DNA of 63,246 bases, counting the filler. It is 4 parts of 4 records of this genome, joined end to end, with 100 filler letters (N's around TTAATTAATTAA, not from the genome) between each part and the next. Parts side by side here need not be neighbours in the genome. Positions count along the whole stretch, not along the records: positions 13,464 to 31,965 come from SRR31156797_4916; positions 32,066 to 51,691 come from SRR31156797_4919; 2 more parts are not named here. The stretch is one strand, 5' to 3'. A model generated the notes under the pieces. The model was given only the letters and a program-made list of their open reading frames with translations. It was not told the origin of the DNA and searched no databases. The position numbers and the translations under genes were made by a program. Shown one piece after another: positions 30,001 through 39,540 of this stretch; the stretch's first letter is position 1, and each line of letters begins with the position of its first letter.

Positions 30001-30860
30001 CTGCTCCTGATGGAACCCAGATACCACTGCGCGAGTTGACTTCTATCAACTATGTTCGGGGCCCGCAGGTCATTAAAAGCGAAGATACGTTTCTGGTCGG
30101 CTATGTCATTTTTGACAAACAAGAAGGCTATGCCGAAGTGGAAGTGGTAGAGCAGGCGCAGGATTTTTTACAGGATAAAATCCGCACAGGTGAGCTTTCC
30201 ATTCCAGCGGGAGTTAACTATACCTTTACCGGCAGTTACGAAAATCAGGTTCGTGCTGAGAAGAAGCTCAGGATTGTGTTGCCTATTGCTTTGTTTGCTA
30301 TTTGGCTCATTCTCTATTTTCAGTTCAAAAAGAACTCAACCACCATGCTGGTCTTCTCTGGAATCCTCTTTGCCTGGTCCGGCGGCTTCATTATGATCTG
30401 GCTCTACGGACAACCATGGTTTCTTAATTTTGAGGTATTTGACCATAACCTGCGTACCTTGTTCCAGATGGGGACCATAAACTTAAGTGTCGCGGTCTGG
30501 GTAGGCTTTCTAGCCCTTTTTGGCATTGCAACGGACAACGGAGTCATTGTCTGCACTTACCTGCAGCAGGTCTTTAAGGAAAAGGCTCCCACAACTATTA
30601 AGGCAATCAGGGACGCAACAGTGGAAGCAGCTAAAAGGCGTGTTCGACCAGCCATGATGACCAGTGCCACAACAGTCCTGGCATTATTACCAGTACTGAC
30701 CTCCACAGGGAGAGGATCGGATGTGATGGTGCCAATGGCAATACCGACATTTGGTGGCATGATGCTTGCCATTCTCACCATATTTGTGGTCCCGATTTTT
30801 TACTGTGGCCTTGCTGAAATCGCTTTGAAACTGAAACTCAAAAAGACCACTGTAGATTAG
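27075..30860 (+). CDS. cusA: CusA/CzcA family heavy-metal efflux RND permease
   Basis: PVDAIPDIGENQ, EDQITYPL, LGPDATALG, GIAIAIG.IVD, EFMPALDEG and RVRPAMMT; alternative start at 27060. Confidence 0.96.
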   Translation: MITEQSSNPINKLIRFCLENKLVVVLFTVVLVLWGIMVAPFDWEFETFPRDPVPVDAIPDIGENQQIVFTKWMGRSPQDIEDQITYPLTTALLGLPQVKTIRSYSMFGFSSIYIIFKEDVEFYWTRSRILEKLNSLPSGTLPQAVTPQLGPDATALGQIFWYTLEGMDANGNPSGGWDLDELRSTQDWYVRYALQGVDGVAEVASIGGFVKEYQVDVDPDALRTYNIALHEVFNAVRASNLDVGARTIEVNRAEYVIRGLGFIENLDDLRQTVITQRNNIPVTLDQVAQVAYGPALRRGALDKAGAEAVGGVVVTRYGENPLAVIKRLKEKIEKISPGLPKKTLEDGTVSQVKIVPFYDRTGLIYETLGTLEDAVRQQILVTIVVVVVMVLHLRSAALISGVLPLAVLFSFIGMRLFKVDANVVALSGIAIAIGTIVDMGVVLTENILKHLDDAEPKENRLEVIYRACTEVASAVVTAVLTTVISFLPVFTMEAAEGKLFRPLAYTKTFALIGSIVVALTILPPLAHWLIAGTHKTRWSKIGLWGTVALLGLIGMVFISWFPWWLGVLMIIAAAFHLVDQQIPPGVRSVILLLFNGIVAVLVAIWLAIDWKPLGPEQQSHNMIFVLVTVGGLLTFIYFFIHFYAKMLAVILRFKTLFLLFSGTIVIFGFMVWLGTDRVLGWMPEMVKNSRPYVSLAHKVPGLGKEFMPALDEGSYLLMPTTMPHASIGEAMDVLRKQDMAINAIPEVELAVGKLGRVESPLDPAPISMIETIITYASEFKTDNDGRILTFSYDEKEEVFLRDESDNLILDKAGRPFRQWRDEIKSPDDIWDLIISAASIPGTTSAPKLQPIAARIVMLQSGMRAPMGLKVYGPDLETIEKTALRIESLLKQVPSIKAEAVLADRIVGKPYLEVDINREAIARYGIKVKMVQDVIEVAIGGKPITQTVEGRERYSVRVRYMRELRDTIESIANILVAAPDGTQIPLRELTSINYVRGPQVIKSEDTFLVGYVIFDKQEGYAEVEVVEQAQDFLQDKIRTGELSIPAGVNYTFTGSYENQVRAEKKLRIVLPIALFAIWLILYFQFKKNSTTMLVFSGILFAWSGGFIMIWLYGQPWFLNFEVFDHNLRTLFQMGTINLSVAVWVGFLALFGIATDNGVIVCTYLQQVFKEKAPTTIKAIRDATVEAAKRRVRPAMMTSATTVLALLPVLTSTGRGSDVMVPMAIPTFGGMMLAILTIFVVPIFYCGLAEIALKLKLKKTTVD

Positions 30861-31093
30861 CAAGAGTAAGCATTGTCCAATTTTTCAACATACAGATTAC
30901 AAAAAGCAACATCTTAGCTTCACGTTTATACTATACTCGTCGACATGTATATTCGATTTACAACCATTAATAGCAGGAAGGACGGCTCCTGATGTTGCAG
31001 CTATCGGTTGGCCGAAGGTCAAAACATACAGAGAGGGGGGCGACAACACACCTTGCTTAATCGTGGGGCAATGTCATACTCCACAGCCAGAGA

Positions 31094-31963
31094 CTACTTA
31101 GGAAAAACTATAAGGTTATCAATTTCCGGCATAATGCCGATCAACTCCCCAACTTTGTGGTTATGATGACTTGAGACAAGTGCTTGACACTGTTCACCTG
31201 ATGGAAGTTGAAGTTGGTAAACGATGCTGGGGCCTCGAAACGATTTATGCAAGATAGTCGCTTGTAAAGATGCGTTTTCTACATGAAGAACATCCTCAGG
31301 TCGCAATAATAGATCAACTTCACACCCTGAGGTGCAAGGAAGCGACAGGCTTCCTTCAAGCAACCCAAGACCTGAACTCACTTTTCCTGGACCAATTACC
31401 TTGCCATTTATGAGTGTGCCGTCGCCAACAAATTGTGCAACTTCAAGACTCGCTGGTTTGTGATAGATTGTGTGAGCATCTTCCCACTGCTGCATTTTCC
31501 CTCTAAAAAGAACACCGATTTTATCTGCTACAGAGAAAGCCTCATGTTGATTGTGAGTTACTATCAGGGCTGTTGTTCCTAGCTCTTTTAGAATATCTCG
31601 AACTTCTACTGTTAGTCTATCACGCAGTAGTGCATCAAGGTTTGAAAATGGCTCATCAAGTAAAAGTAACTCCGGCTTTGGGGCAAGTGCGCGTGCAAGG
31701 GCAACGCGCTGCTGCTGTCCGCCAGAAATTTCATGGGGATATTTACGACCTACCTCGGTAAGACCGACCAAGGACAGCAGTTCGTTAATTCGTTCCTTCT
31801 GCTTGTGGGAGGATAATTTGCGGATACCGAAACCGATATTTTCCCAAACTGTAAGATGTGGGAAAAGTGCGTAGTCTTGAAAAACCATTCCAATTGACCT
31901 GTTTTCCGGTGGTAACGCCTTGTGTGCATTTGTGACAACTGTATTATCGATGCGAACGGTACC
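31094..31963 (-). CDS. fbpC: Fe3+-type ABC transporter ATP-binding protein, 5'-truncated at the contig end
   Basis: [38 protein letters not shown] and DEPFSNLD; TOBE-like C-terminus; frame open to the contig edge. Confidence 0.8.
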   Translation of the reverse strand, partial: GTVRIDNTVVTNAHKALPPENRSIGMVFQDYALFPHLTVWENIGFGIRKLSSHKQKERINELLSLVGLTEVGRKYPHEISGGQQQRVALARALAPKPELLLLDEPFSNLDALLRDRLTVEVRDILKELGTTALIVTHNQHEAFSVADKIGVLFRGKMQQWEDAHTIYHKPASLEVAQFVGDGTLINGKVIGPGKVSSGLGLLEGSLSLPCTSGCEVDLLLRPEDVLHVENASLQATILHKSFRGPSIVYQLQLPSGEQCQALVSSHHNHKVGELIGIMPEIDNLIVFPK

Positions 31964-31965
31964 GC

Positions 31966-32065
31966 NNNNNNNNNNNNNNNNNNNNNNNNNNNNNNNNNNN
32001 NNNNNNNNNTTAATTAATTAANNNNNNNNNNNNNNNNNNNNNNNNNNNNNNNNNNNNNNNNNNNN
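31966..32065. other. Artificial contig linker
   Basis: N44-TTAATTAATTAA-N44. Confidence 0.99.
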
Positions 32066-32386
32066 AAATACATCTGCTCCAGTTCCCGCTGGCCCATCCT
32101 GCACTATCTTTGATCCTGCTGCCATATCTGAAACAGGTTCGAATTCTACCGGAATCCCATATTTAGCTTTAAATTTTTCCGCTACTTCCATTAGGAACTC
32201 CATTTTAGCACCTTCTGCTTCCCACACAAGGAGTTCTGCTCCCTCTTCCGGCATTACTTCTCCAGTAGAAGATGTTTTGGTTTTAACCTTTTTCTCTTTC
32301 TTCTTGCTAAACCATGCTGCTTCAACTTCAGTAAAAGTTGTCACAAGCGTCGCCAATAAAACTCCGACAAATAATAACTTTTTCAT
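32066..32386 (-). CDS. Maltose/oligosaccharide-type ABC substrate-binding protein, 3'-truncated
   Basis: Signal peptide; L.VWE...F.AKYGIPV...DGPAGTGADVF typical of the MalE/CycB group; GGGAGG RBS. Confidence 0.85.
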
Positions 32387-32434
32387 TTAAACCTCCCTAG
32401 ATTTTCAAATAGTCGTTTCTTCTGAACTACTATG

Positions 32435-32463
32435 ATTATAATTTATATTTTTTACTTTGTCAA
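32435..32463 (-). promoter_or_regulatory. Consensus sigma70 promoter of the sugar-binding protein gene
   Basis: Minus strand TTGACA-N17-TATAAT, perfect. Confidence 0.8.
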
Positions 32464-32477
32464 CACATTTTTAACAA

Positions 32478-32520
32478 GTTTGTACTTATACAAACCCTAG
32501 CGTTCTATTTCAGAACGCTA
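32478..32520. promoter_or_regulatory. Two adjacent dyads, candidate regulator binding sites
   Basis: GTTTGTA-N4-TACAAAC (32478-32495) and TAGCGTTCT-N5-AGAACGCTA (32498-32520) just upstream of the -35. Confidence 0.45.
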
Positions 32521-32810
32521 TTTGGATTGTTTTTTCTATTTTAAATTAAATCGATTTATATATGGTTATTTTGTAATCATAATTAAGGACAAATTTTTAT
32601 TTTGTCTTTAATTAAATTTTAGTAGTCTGTTGTGGAACACTAAAAAGTTTTTTCTATTTCTATTAATAATATAACTTACTCTCAAGAATATTATAGTTGA
32701 TTATTACTGTCTTAAACCTATAAATTTTATATAATATATTAATAGTGGAATCCTACTAAAATATTATTTATATATTTCTCTTTGGAATAAAAATAGAGAG
32801 AGTTTGAGGC

Positions 32811-33500
32811 TCAACTCAAATTCTCTCTATTTTTATTCTTTCTAAACTCATTTGGGGTTAAACCTGTAAACTTCTTGAATACTCTATTAAAATAACTTTG
32901 TGAGCTATATGAAAGTTGGATAGAGATATCTAGTAAACTTTCATCACTGGTTTCCAGTAATTGCTTGGCATGCTCAATTTTTATATAGTTAATATATTGC
33001 TTAATAGTCATTTTCTTACTTTGTTGAAAAACATTTGAAATATAACTTTCAGATGTTTTTAGATAATCTGCTATATCCTTTATTGTAATCGACTCATACT
33101 TATTCTTATGTATGTAATTTAGTATTTTAATAACAGTTGGGTTAACTTGCCTTGATTTATCAAAATAGATATCCGAAAAAAACTCAATAATTTGATATTC
33201 AAATTTATATAAGTAATCAGTATTATCCTTTGCAAGAAGCAGATTAATCAAATTTTCTGCTACAACAAGAGATTGTTCAGCGGGAACTCCCTTATGTATG
33301 ATTTCTCTTGATAAAGAAGTAATAAACATAATTAGTCTCAACATCTTTGTATCATAATCTATATCCTTTTGTTTTTCCGTCTCTTGCCTTAATGCTATTT
33401 TAGATTTTAATTTCTCTATATTCTTTTGAAAAAAAAGATTCATGATCTCTTTTTCCTCTTCATAAGATATATAGTAATATTCACTATTGCTAGTTTTCAT
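32811..33500 (-). CDS. AraC family transcriptional regulator
   Basis: C-terminal ITIKDIA...SYIS..F...YSSQSYFNRVFKKFTGLTP.EFR double HTH. Confidence 0.92.
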   Translation of the reverse strand: MKTSNSEYYYISYEEEKEIMNLFFQKNIEKLKSKIALRQETEKQKDIDYDTKMLRLIMFITSLSREIIHKGVPAEQSLVVAENLINLLLAKDNTDYLYKFEYQIIEFFSDIYFDKSRQVNPTVIKILNYIHKNKYESITIKDIADYLKTSESYISNVFQQSKKMTIKQYINYIKIEHAKQLLETSDESLLDISIQLSYSSQSYFNRVFKKFTGLTPNEFRKNKNRENLS

Positions 33501-33519
33501 TTTTCATCTCCAAATAAAT

Positions 33520-34203
33520 CTATCTATGTAAAGCTTTGTACTGTTTAGGTGTAAATCCTGTTTTATTTTTAAATACTCTGCAAAAATAACTATAACTATT
33601 AAAGTAAAGTTGCTCACTTATCTCAACTGGAGTTTTCTCTCCCACTTCCAATAGTTGTTTTGCTCTATCTATCTTTCTAATAATAATAAAAGATTTTAGA
33701 GAAATATTTTTCTCTTTTTTGAATATATGTGAGACATAACTTATGCTTAAATTCAGATATTCAGCCACGCTTTTAACAGTTATAGAAGTATCTAAATTTA
33801 TGTTCACATGATTAATAATTTTATTTACTACAAAGTTATTTTCCTGCCAATCCTTCTCATAAATTTCAAATAGTTCTTTCAATATTTTTATTTCAAGCTT
33901 TTGCAGATCCTCAGTTTTTGTAACTTCAAGAATTTCATTAACAGCTTTATCAACATATCTCATTATCTTGACAGAGTTTGCACTATACTCTATTAAAGTA
34001 CGTGATAAAACTGTAAGTAAAACTACCATATTTTTAACTTTATTTGGGTGTCGCATTTCATCTCTTTCTTCTTCATGATGTTGCTCTATTATTTTTATTG
34101 CAGTTTCATAATCAAAATTTTTGTAATAATATAAAAATTTCGTTTCCTGCTCATATGAAAGAGTAGAATGAAACAATTCTCTGACAAATTTATATTTTTT
34201 CAT
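33520..34203 (-). CDS. AraC family transcriptional regulator (paralog of the adjacent gene)
   Basis: ITVKSVA...SYVSH.FK...SYFCRVFK..TG.TP.QY. Confidence 0.92.
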   Translation of the reverse strand: MKKYKFVRELFHSTLSYEQETKFLYYYKNFDYETAIKIIEQHHEEERDEMRHPNKVKNMVVLLTVLSRTLIEYSANSVKIMRYVDKAVNEILEVTKTEDLQKLEIKILKELFEIYEKDWQENNFVVNKIINHVNINLDTSITVKSVAEYLNLSISYVSHIFKKEKNISLKSFIIIRKIDRAKQLLEVGEKTPVEISEQLYFNSYSYFCRVFKNKTGFTPKQYKALHR

Positions 34204-34420
34204 AATTTTTCCTTATATTAATAATCTGTTTTTCTTATATTATAGCTGAAAATCTTAAATTTTAATAACTTTTTTGATTTCATAGCAGATTTTTACTAAA
34301 TAGATAAAATTAATACAAAAGTAAAAGAATCTAAAATTATATAATTACCCTATTAGCTATATTTGTTTGAAAATCTTAAAGGCATATCAATTTTATTTAC
34401 TATTTTTAGGAGGAAAAATT

Positions 34421-35509
34421 ATGTTTAAAAATCTTGAATACTACAAACCAAATTTGGAAAAAACAATTGTAACTATGCAAAAGGCATATGATGATGCGCA
34501 TGCTAGAAAAGGGGGTAATGTAACTGTATTATCAATGTCTCCTGACATGCATGTTGGCGGAGCACTGGATCTTACTAAATATAACGGATTTGAAAGTGAT
34601 GAAGATATTCAGAGATATATTAAGGATACTGTTGAATTATTTGAAAAAACTATGGAGCAGAGAAAAGATATCGATGACAATCTTATACCTTCTGTATCAA
34701 TAAATATAGGAATCGGAGATTTTTCAGCCTTTGTTACAGGTGAAATCATATTCAAACCTGATACTAGTTGGAGTCCGCATCCTCTGGAAGGAAAACCTAT
34801 ATCTGATTATAAAAAATTTCCTGAATTAGGAACAGCAAAATGGTACAAAAGATATTTATATATGGCTGAGGAGTTAATTAAAATAGCAGCTCCAGCAGGA
34901 ATTCCATTCTCAAGAGCATATTTCTCACCTCATGATATGGTTCATGCTCTCAGAGGAAATGATGTGTATTTTGATTATTATGATCATGTTGAGGAGATAA
35001 AAGAACTTCTGGATTATTGTGCTGATGCTATTATCAAATTTGGCGATGATATCCTTGAACTTATGAAAAAATATTATCAAGATACAAAATACGGTATGTT
35101 CTTAATGGACGGGTATGTAAATATGTCAGAGGATGGCGCATGTATGATCTCACCTGAACAGTATAGAGAGTTTGGTGCTCCATATGCTCAGAAAGTTATA
35201 AATCATTTTGGTCGAGGACAAATGCATTGTCATTCCAGAGCAATGTATTTAGTAAAGGAAATATGTTCATTAGATAACGTAGTTAGCTTATGGCTGGCTA
35301 CTGATCCAAATCAACCGAAACCTATTGAGCACATTGATGAAATTGTAGAGGACGCTAACGGTGTATTTCTTGCAATAGATGCTGAAAAACCTGAAGAAAT
35401 CACAAGTCAAATTGATAAATTAAAAAAAGGAAATTTTTCAATATATTTTCCTTCTGAAAATAAAGATAAAGCAAAAAAATCAATTGATTATATAAATTCA
35501 CTATTATAA
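34421..35509 (+). CDS. URO-D/methyltransferase-fold protein (divergent type)
   Basis: D...ALRG..Y.DYYD..E.IKELL, SED.ACMISPEQYREF..PY and MHCHS; AGGAGG RBS before 34421. Confidence 0.75.
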   Translation: MFKNLEYYKPNLEKTIVTMQKAYDDAHARKGGNVTVLSMSPDMHVGGALDLTKYNGFESDEDIQRYIKDTVELFEKTMEQRKDIDDNLIPSVSINIGIGDFSAFVTGEIIFKPDTSWSPHPLEGKPISDYKKFPELGTAKWYKRYLYMAEELIKIAAPAGIPFSRAYFSPHDMVHALRGNDVYFDYYDHVEEIKELLDYCADAIIKFGDDILELMKKYYQDTKYGMFLMDGYVNMSEDGACMISPEQYREFGAPYAQKVINHFGRGQMHCHSRAMYLVKEICSLDNVVSLWLATDPNQPKPIEHIDEIVEDANGVFLAIDAEKPEEITSQIDKLKKGNFSIYFPSENKDKAKKSIDYINSLL

Positions 35510-35623
35510 TTCAATCGAAGATAAAATATCAATATTGTATTATCAATTAGCAGTTTAGTAAAAGATTTATTAGTAAAGAAGATATATAATTATTAGAAAT
35601 AATGGAAATATGAGGTGATTGAG

Positions 35624-36259
35624 ATGGAATGTATATTTGAACAGATATCAGAAAAGTTACAAAAAGGCGATATGAAAAGTATAAGGGAATTAACTCAGCA
35701 ATCTCTTGATGAAGGAAATGGAATTAGTGATACATTGGATGCTTTACTTAAGGGAATGAGTATTTTAGGTGATAAATTTAAGAAAAATCAAATTTTTGTA
35801 CCTGAGGTATTAATGGCTGCCAGGGCAATGAATTCAGGACTTAATATTCTCAAACCACTTATGAAAGCTGAAGGAGTGGAACCAAAGGGAAAAGTTATAC
35901 TTGGAACTGTCAAAGGTGATCTACATGATATCGGTAAAAATTTAGTTAAAATGATGATGATTGGAGCAGGATTAGAGGTAATTGATCTAGGAGTAGATGT
36001 ATCAAAAGAGCAATTTATCGATGCAATTGAAAAAGAAAATGCTGATATTATTGCAATGTCAGCACTATTAACAACTACCATGCCATACATGAAAGAAGTC
36101 GTTAAAGCTTTAGAAAAAAGGGGAATAAGAAATAAGGTAAAAATTATGATAGGTGGTGCTCCTGTAACAGATAAGTATAGGGAGTTAATCGGAGCCGACA
36201 GATATACTCCTGACGCGGCTTCGGCAGCTGAAGAAGCTAAAAATCTCATTTTGACATAA
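35624..36259 (+). CDS. Cobalamin-binding corrinoid protein (MtaC/MttC-like)
   Basis: Cap domain FVPEVLMAA plus GTVKGDLHDIGKNLV, SALLTTT and MIGGAPV B12-binding motifs. Confidence 0.95.
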   Translation: MECIFEQISEKLQKGDMKSIRELTQQSLDEGNGISDTLDALLKGMSILGDKFKKNQIFVPEVLMAARAMNSGLNILKPLMKAEGVEPKGKVILGTVKGDLHDIGKNLVKMMMIGAGLEVIDLGVDVSKEQFIDAIEKENADIIAMSALLTTTMPYMKEVVKALEKRGIRNKVKIMIGGAPVTDKYRELIGADRYTPDAASAAEEAKNLILT

Positions 36260-36288
36260 TTCAAAATTATCCTCTCAAGTAAAATTTT

Positions 36289-36314
36289 AAAGGCTTCCGA
36301 TACAGGAAGCCTTT
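36289..36314. terminator. Bidirectional terminator
   Basis: AAAGGCTTCC-N6-GGAAGCCTTT between convergent genes. Confidence 0.8.
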
Positions 36315-36319
36315 ATTTC

Positions 36320-39300
36320 TTATAATAATTTAATAGTTAATATTTCAAAAGCTTTTGCACTAAGTGAAATTGAATTATTAAGCATATTTATACTTCTCTC
36401 TTTTTCTTCCATTAGATTAACTATTAAGGCTTTTTCAAAATTAAAACTCGAATTTAAAATAAAATTTGTCTCAATTCCTGTTGTTTCATAAACTCTAATA
36501 ATGATACCTTTTCCATCTTCACTTTTTTTAATAGTTTCAATTACAATATTTTCTTTATTAACATTAAAATATGAATTGCTATGAGAAAATACTCCTTTAA
36601 CTAACGCAAGTTTTCTTATACTCAAAGGAGTTGAAAGTGAATAAGCTTCTTTAACTACTTTTCCTTCTGAGAAATTACCTTTATGAGGAAAAATTGAATA
36701 AGTAAACTCTTGTTCACAGATATCTCCATAATGAAGTGAAATATAATTAAGATCATTTTTATCTAAAAATTCTGCTCCAGGTTTCTTCTGACTTCTTAAC
36801 AAAGTTATTTCAAGTGCTTGTTCTTTTACCCGATAACCATATTTATAATCTGATAATATTGCTATTCCTCGATTATTTTCGGAAATGTCCACCCATCTTT
36901 GTGCAGGTATTTCATCTTTTGCAAAATCCAAAGTAGTTTTATCTTGAGTCGGTCTAGCTATCGCTCCAAATTGAATTCCGCACATTGCAGTTTCTGACTT
37001 AATAGTTATTGGAAATTTTGCCTTTACACTTGTATCTGTTTCTTTCCAATTAATTTTAGTTTTAAAATCAATTCTCTTACTATCTTCTATTAAACTTATC
37101 TCTTGAATAATTTGAGAATTTTTATACTTATAAATCTGTTTTGCTGCAACTTTTGCTCCATCAACTACTAACTTCATTTCGATTAATTTAGCTTTAGCCT
37201 GCCTCCTGTCTCTATAACCTTGTGCAAAATCCCAAGCTGGATACATAGCTGCTCTTTCATGATATATTGTAATTATATTAGCCAAATCATTCTCAGGAAT
37301 AAATTCATAATTCAGTTCTTTATCATAAATTGATTTTATCCCTCCATTATCATCAAATTCAATTTTTAAGTAATTATTCTCTATCCGCTTATCTTCTGCA
37401 AAACATGAAAACTCTTTTTTACATTCTTCAAGTTCAATTACTTTATACCCCATTGCCGGAACCTTAACTCTTTGCCATTTTTTAGCTATTTTTACCCATT
37501 CATCTCTTACCCAAGAACTGTTATTATATAGAACATGAGGTTTTCTAAAAGCTCTAGTATCAATTTTCTCTTCAATTACTAACTGAGCATTCTCTATTAG
37601 TTCTCTCACTTCATTTAGTAAGACATCATATCTTTTTAAACTCTCTTTGTAAACTCTACCAATGGAAGAGCCAGGTAAAATATCATGGAATTGATATAAT
37701 AGAACTTCTTTCCAGATTTTATCTAATTTTTCTTTTGGATACTCATACTTATCTATTTTTGACGCTAAGACACAATAAAATTCCAGTTCTCTAAGTGATT
37801 CTTCCATTAATTTATTATATTTTTTATTCAATGATTCCGATGTAAATGTCCCCTGATGTTTTTCAAAATATAACTCTCCATTCAAAACAGGTAACTTATC
37901 TCTATACTTTTCAATATCTTCAAAATAATCACAGGCCCTCTTTTGCTTAATCTTTGGTAGACCATCTAAATTACTTATTCTTTTCAATCTTTCAAGATGC
38001 TCTTCTCCCGGACCTCCTCCTCCGTCTCCCACTCCGTAAACCATCAAGGCTTCAGGAACTATATCTTTCTCTATATAATTTGCTTCTATTTTCAAAGACG
38101 AGCTGGCTCTCGCTCTTCCATCATAAGTATCCTCCGGAAAATTATGCATAATAAGTTCAGAATCATCAATTCCCTTCCATCTAAACAAATGATGCGGAAA
38201 CTTATTAATCTCATTTTGTGATAATTTCTGCGAACCTATATATTTAATTCCGGATTTTAATAGTATTTGTGGTAAAGCTCCTGTGAATCCAAATACATCT
38301 GGTTCCCATAAATTATTAACCGTAGTATTAAACTCCTCTTTTAGATATTTTAGTCCATACAAAATCTGTCTAATTAAAGCTTCACCGCCTGAAATATTTA
38401 GATCTGCCTCTACCCAGAAGCAACCTTGTAATTCAAATCTTTTTTCATCAACATATTTTTTTATCTTGTCAAAAAGTTCAGGATAGTCCTCTTTTACCCA
38501 TTCAAACAGCTGATACTGGCTTGCTCCAAAAATATAATCAGGATAAGTTTCCATGTTTTTTACTGCAGTTGCAAATGTTCTTGCAGCTTTTCTTCTTCCT
38601 TCTCTCACAGGCCATGTCCAGGCAATATCTAAATGTGCATGCCCAATTGCACTAATATTAAAGTCATTATTTTTTGATTTTTTATAATATTTCTGATTTA
38701 ATAACTCTTTAGCTTTTCTAATATTTTCATTAGTTAAATTAAGTAATATCTTATCTAATTCTATTAAAAGTTCTCTAATTTCCTTATCTTTATTAATAGA
38801 TTTGCTTATTTCAATATTATGAACTCCTTGAGGTTGATGTGACTGAAATCCATTTTCTCCCTCAAGCCAATCGGAAAATATTTCAATATCATAATAGAGG
38901 TCTTTCAATTCATTGTCACAAATACCTATATGGGCATCTGTAATAATTCCACCATTTTGAACATATCCAAAAAGGTCATTACACCCTGCATCTATCCAAA
39001 ACTCTATAAAGTCACCTGTTTTTTTCTCCTCTATCTCTACTACCCATTTTCCGGGTTTATCAGGTGGAATTCCATAAGATGAAGTTTTGTTCGTTATTCC
39101 CCTTATTACCTTGCCGGTTTCATCAAAAACTAAACCTTCACCACCAATATCCACTAATAATACCAACTGTTTTGATTCATTATACTCAGGAATGACAGCA
39201 CTTAATTTCATCCAGGCACAATCAAATATATCACCCCAGGCGTCTCCAAGCTCTAGAACTCTATTTTCTCCTGACATCTTATTATTCCACTTCATCGGTT

Positions 39301-39403
39301 CCATTGTAATCCATGCTTCTATTTTTAACGGCACAAGCTTTTTGTAGACATTTTTCCCGATTTTTTCTTTTAGTAAAAAAATGTTTTCTTTCTTCTCTAA
39401 CAT
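36320..39403 (-). CDS. Glycoside hydrolase family 38 alpha-mannosidase
   Basis: GHAHLDIAWTWP, W.PDVFGF, YGVGDGGGGP, GELYFE.H.GT and QFHDILPGSSI motifs. Confidence 0.95.
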   Translation of the reverse strand: MLEKKENIFLLKEKIGKNVYKKLVPLKIEAWITMEPMKWNNKMSGENRVLELGDAWGDIFDCAWMKLSAVIPEYNESKQLVLLVDIGGEGLVFDETGKVIRGITNKTSSYGIPPDKPGKWVVEIEEKKTGDFIEFWIDAGCNDLFGYVQNGGIITDAHIGICDNELKDLYYDIEIFSDWLEGENGFQSHQPQGVHNIEISKSINKDKEIRELLIELDKILLNLTNENIRKAKELLNQKYYKKSKNNDFNISAIGHAHLDIAWTWPVREGRRKAARTFATAVKNMETYPDYIFGASQYQLFEWVKEDYPELFDKIKKYVDEKRFELQGCFWVEADLNISGGEALIRQILYGLKYLKEEFNTTVNNLWEPDVFGFTGALPQILLKSGIKYIGSQKLSQNEINKFPHHLFRWKGIDDSELIMHNFPEDTYDGRARASSSLKIEANYIEKDIVPEALMVYGVGDGGGGPGEEHLERLKRISNLDGLPKIKQKRACDYFEDIEKYRDKLPVLNGELYFEKHQGTFTSESLNKKYNKLMEESLRELEFYCVLASKIDKYEYPKEKLDKIWKEVLLYQFHDILPGSSIGRVYKESLKRYDVLLNEVRELIENAQLVIEEKIDTRAFRKPHVLYNNSSWVRDEWVKIAKKWQRVKVPAMGYKVIELEECKKEFSCFAEDKRIENNYLKIEFDDNGGIKSIYDKELNYEFIPENDLANIITIYHERAAMYPAWDFAQGYRDRRQAKAKLIEMKLVVDGAKVAAKQIYKYKNSQIIQEISLIEDSKRIDFKTKINWKETDTSVKAKFPITIKSETAMCGIQFGAIARPTQDKTTLDFAKDEIPAQRWVDISENNRGIAILSDYKYGYRVKEQALEITLLRSQKKPGAEFLDKNDLNYISLHYGDICEQEFTYSIFPHKGNFSEGKVVKEAYSLSTPLSIRKLALVKGVFSHSNSYFNVNKENIVIETIKKSEDGKGIIIRVYETTGIETNFILNSSFNFEKALIVNLMEEKERSINMLNNSISLSAKAFEILTIKLL

Positions 39404-39540
39404 TTCGTCATCCTTTCTTAAATTGATAATAATAATAATCTTTTTAACTATAGATAATATAAGTATATAATCTTTTTATTGCAAAATCTTGCATTATCTT
39501 GGTAAAATATATAAAAATATTGCTTTATAGGAGTTGAGAA

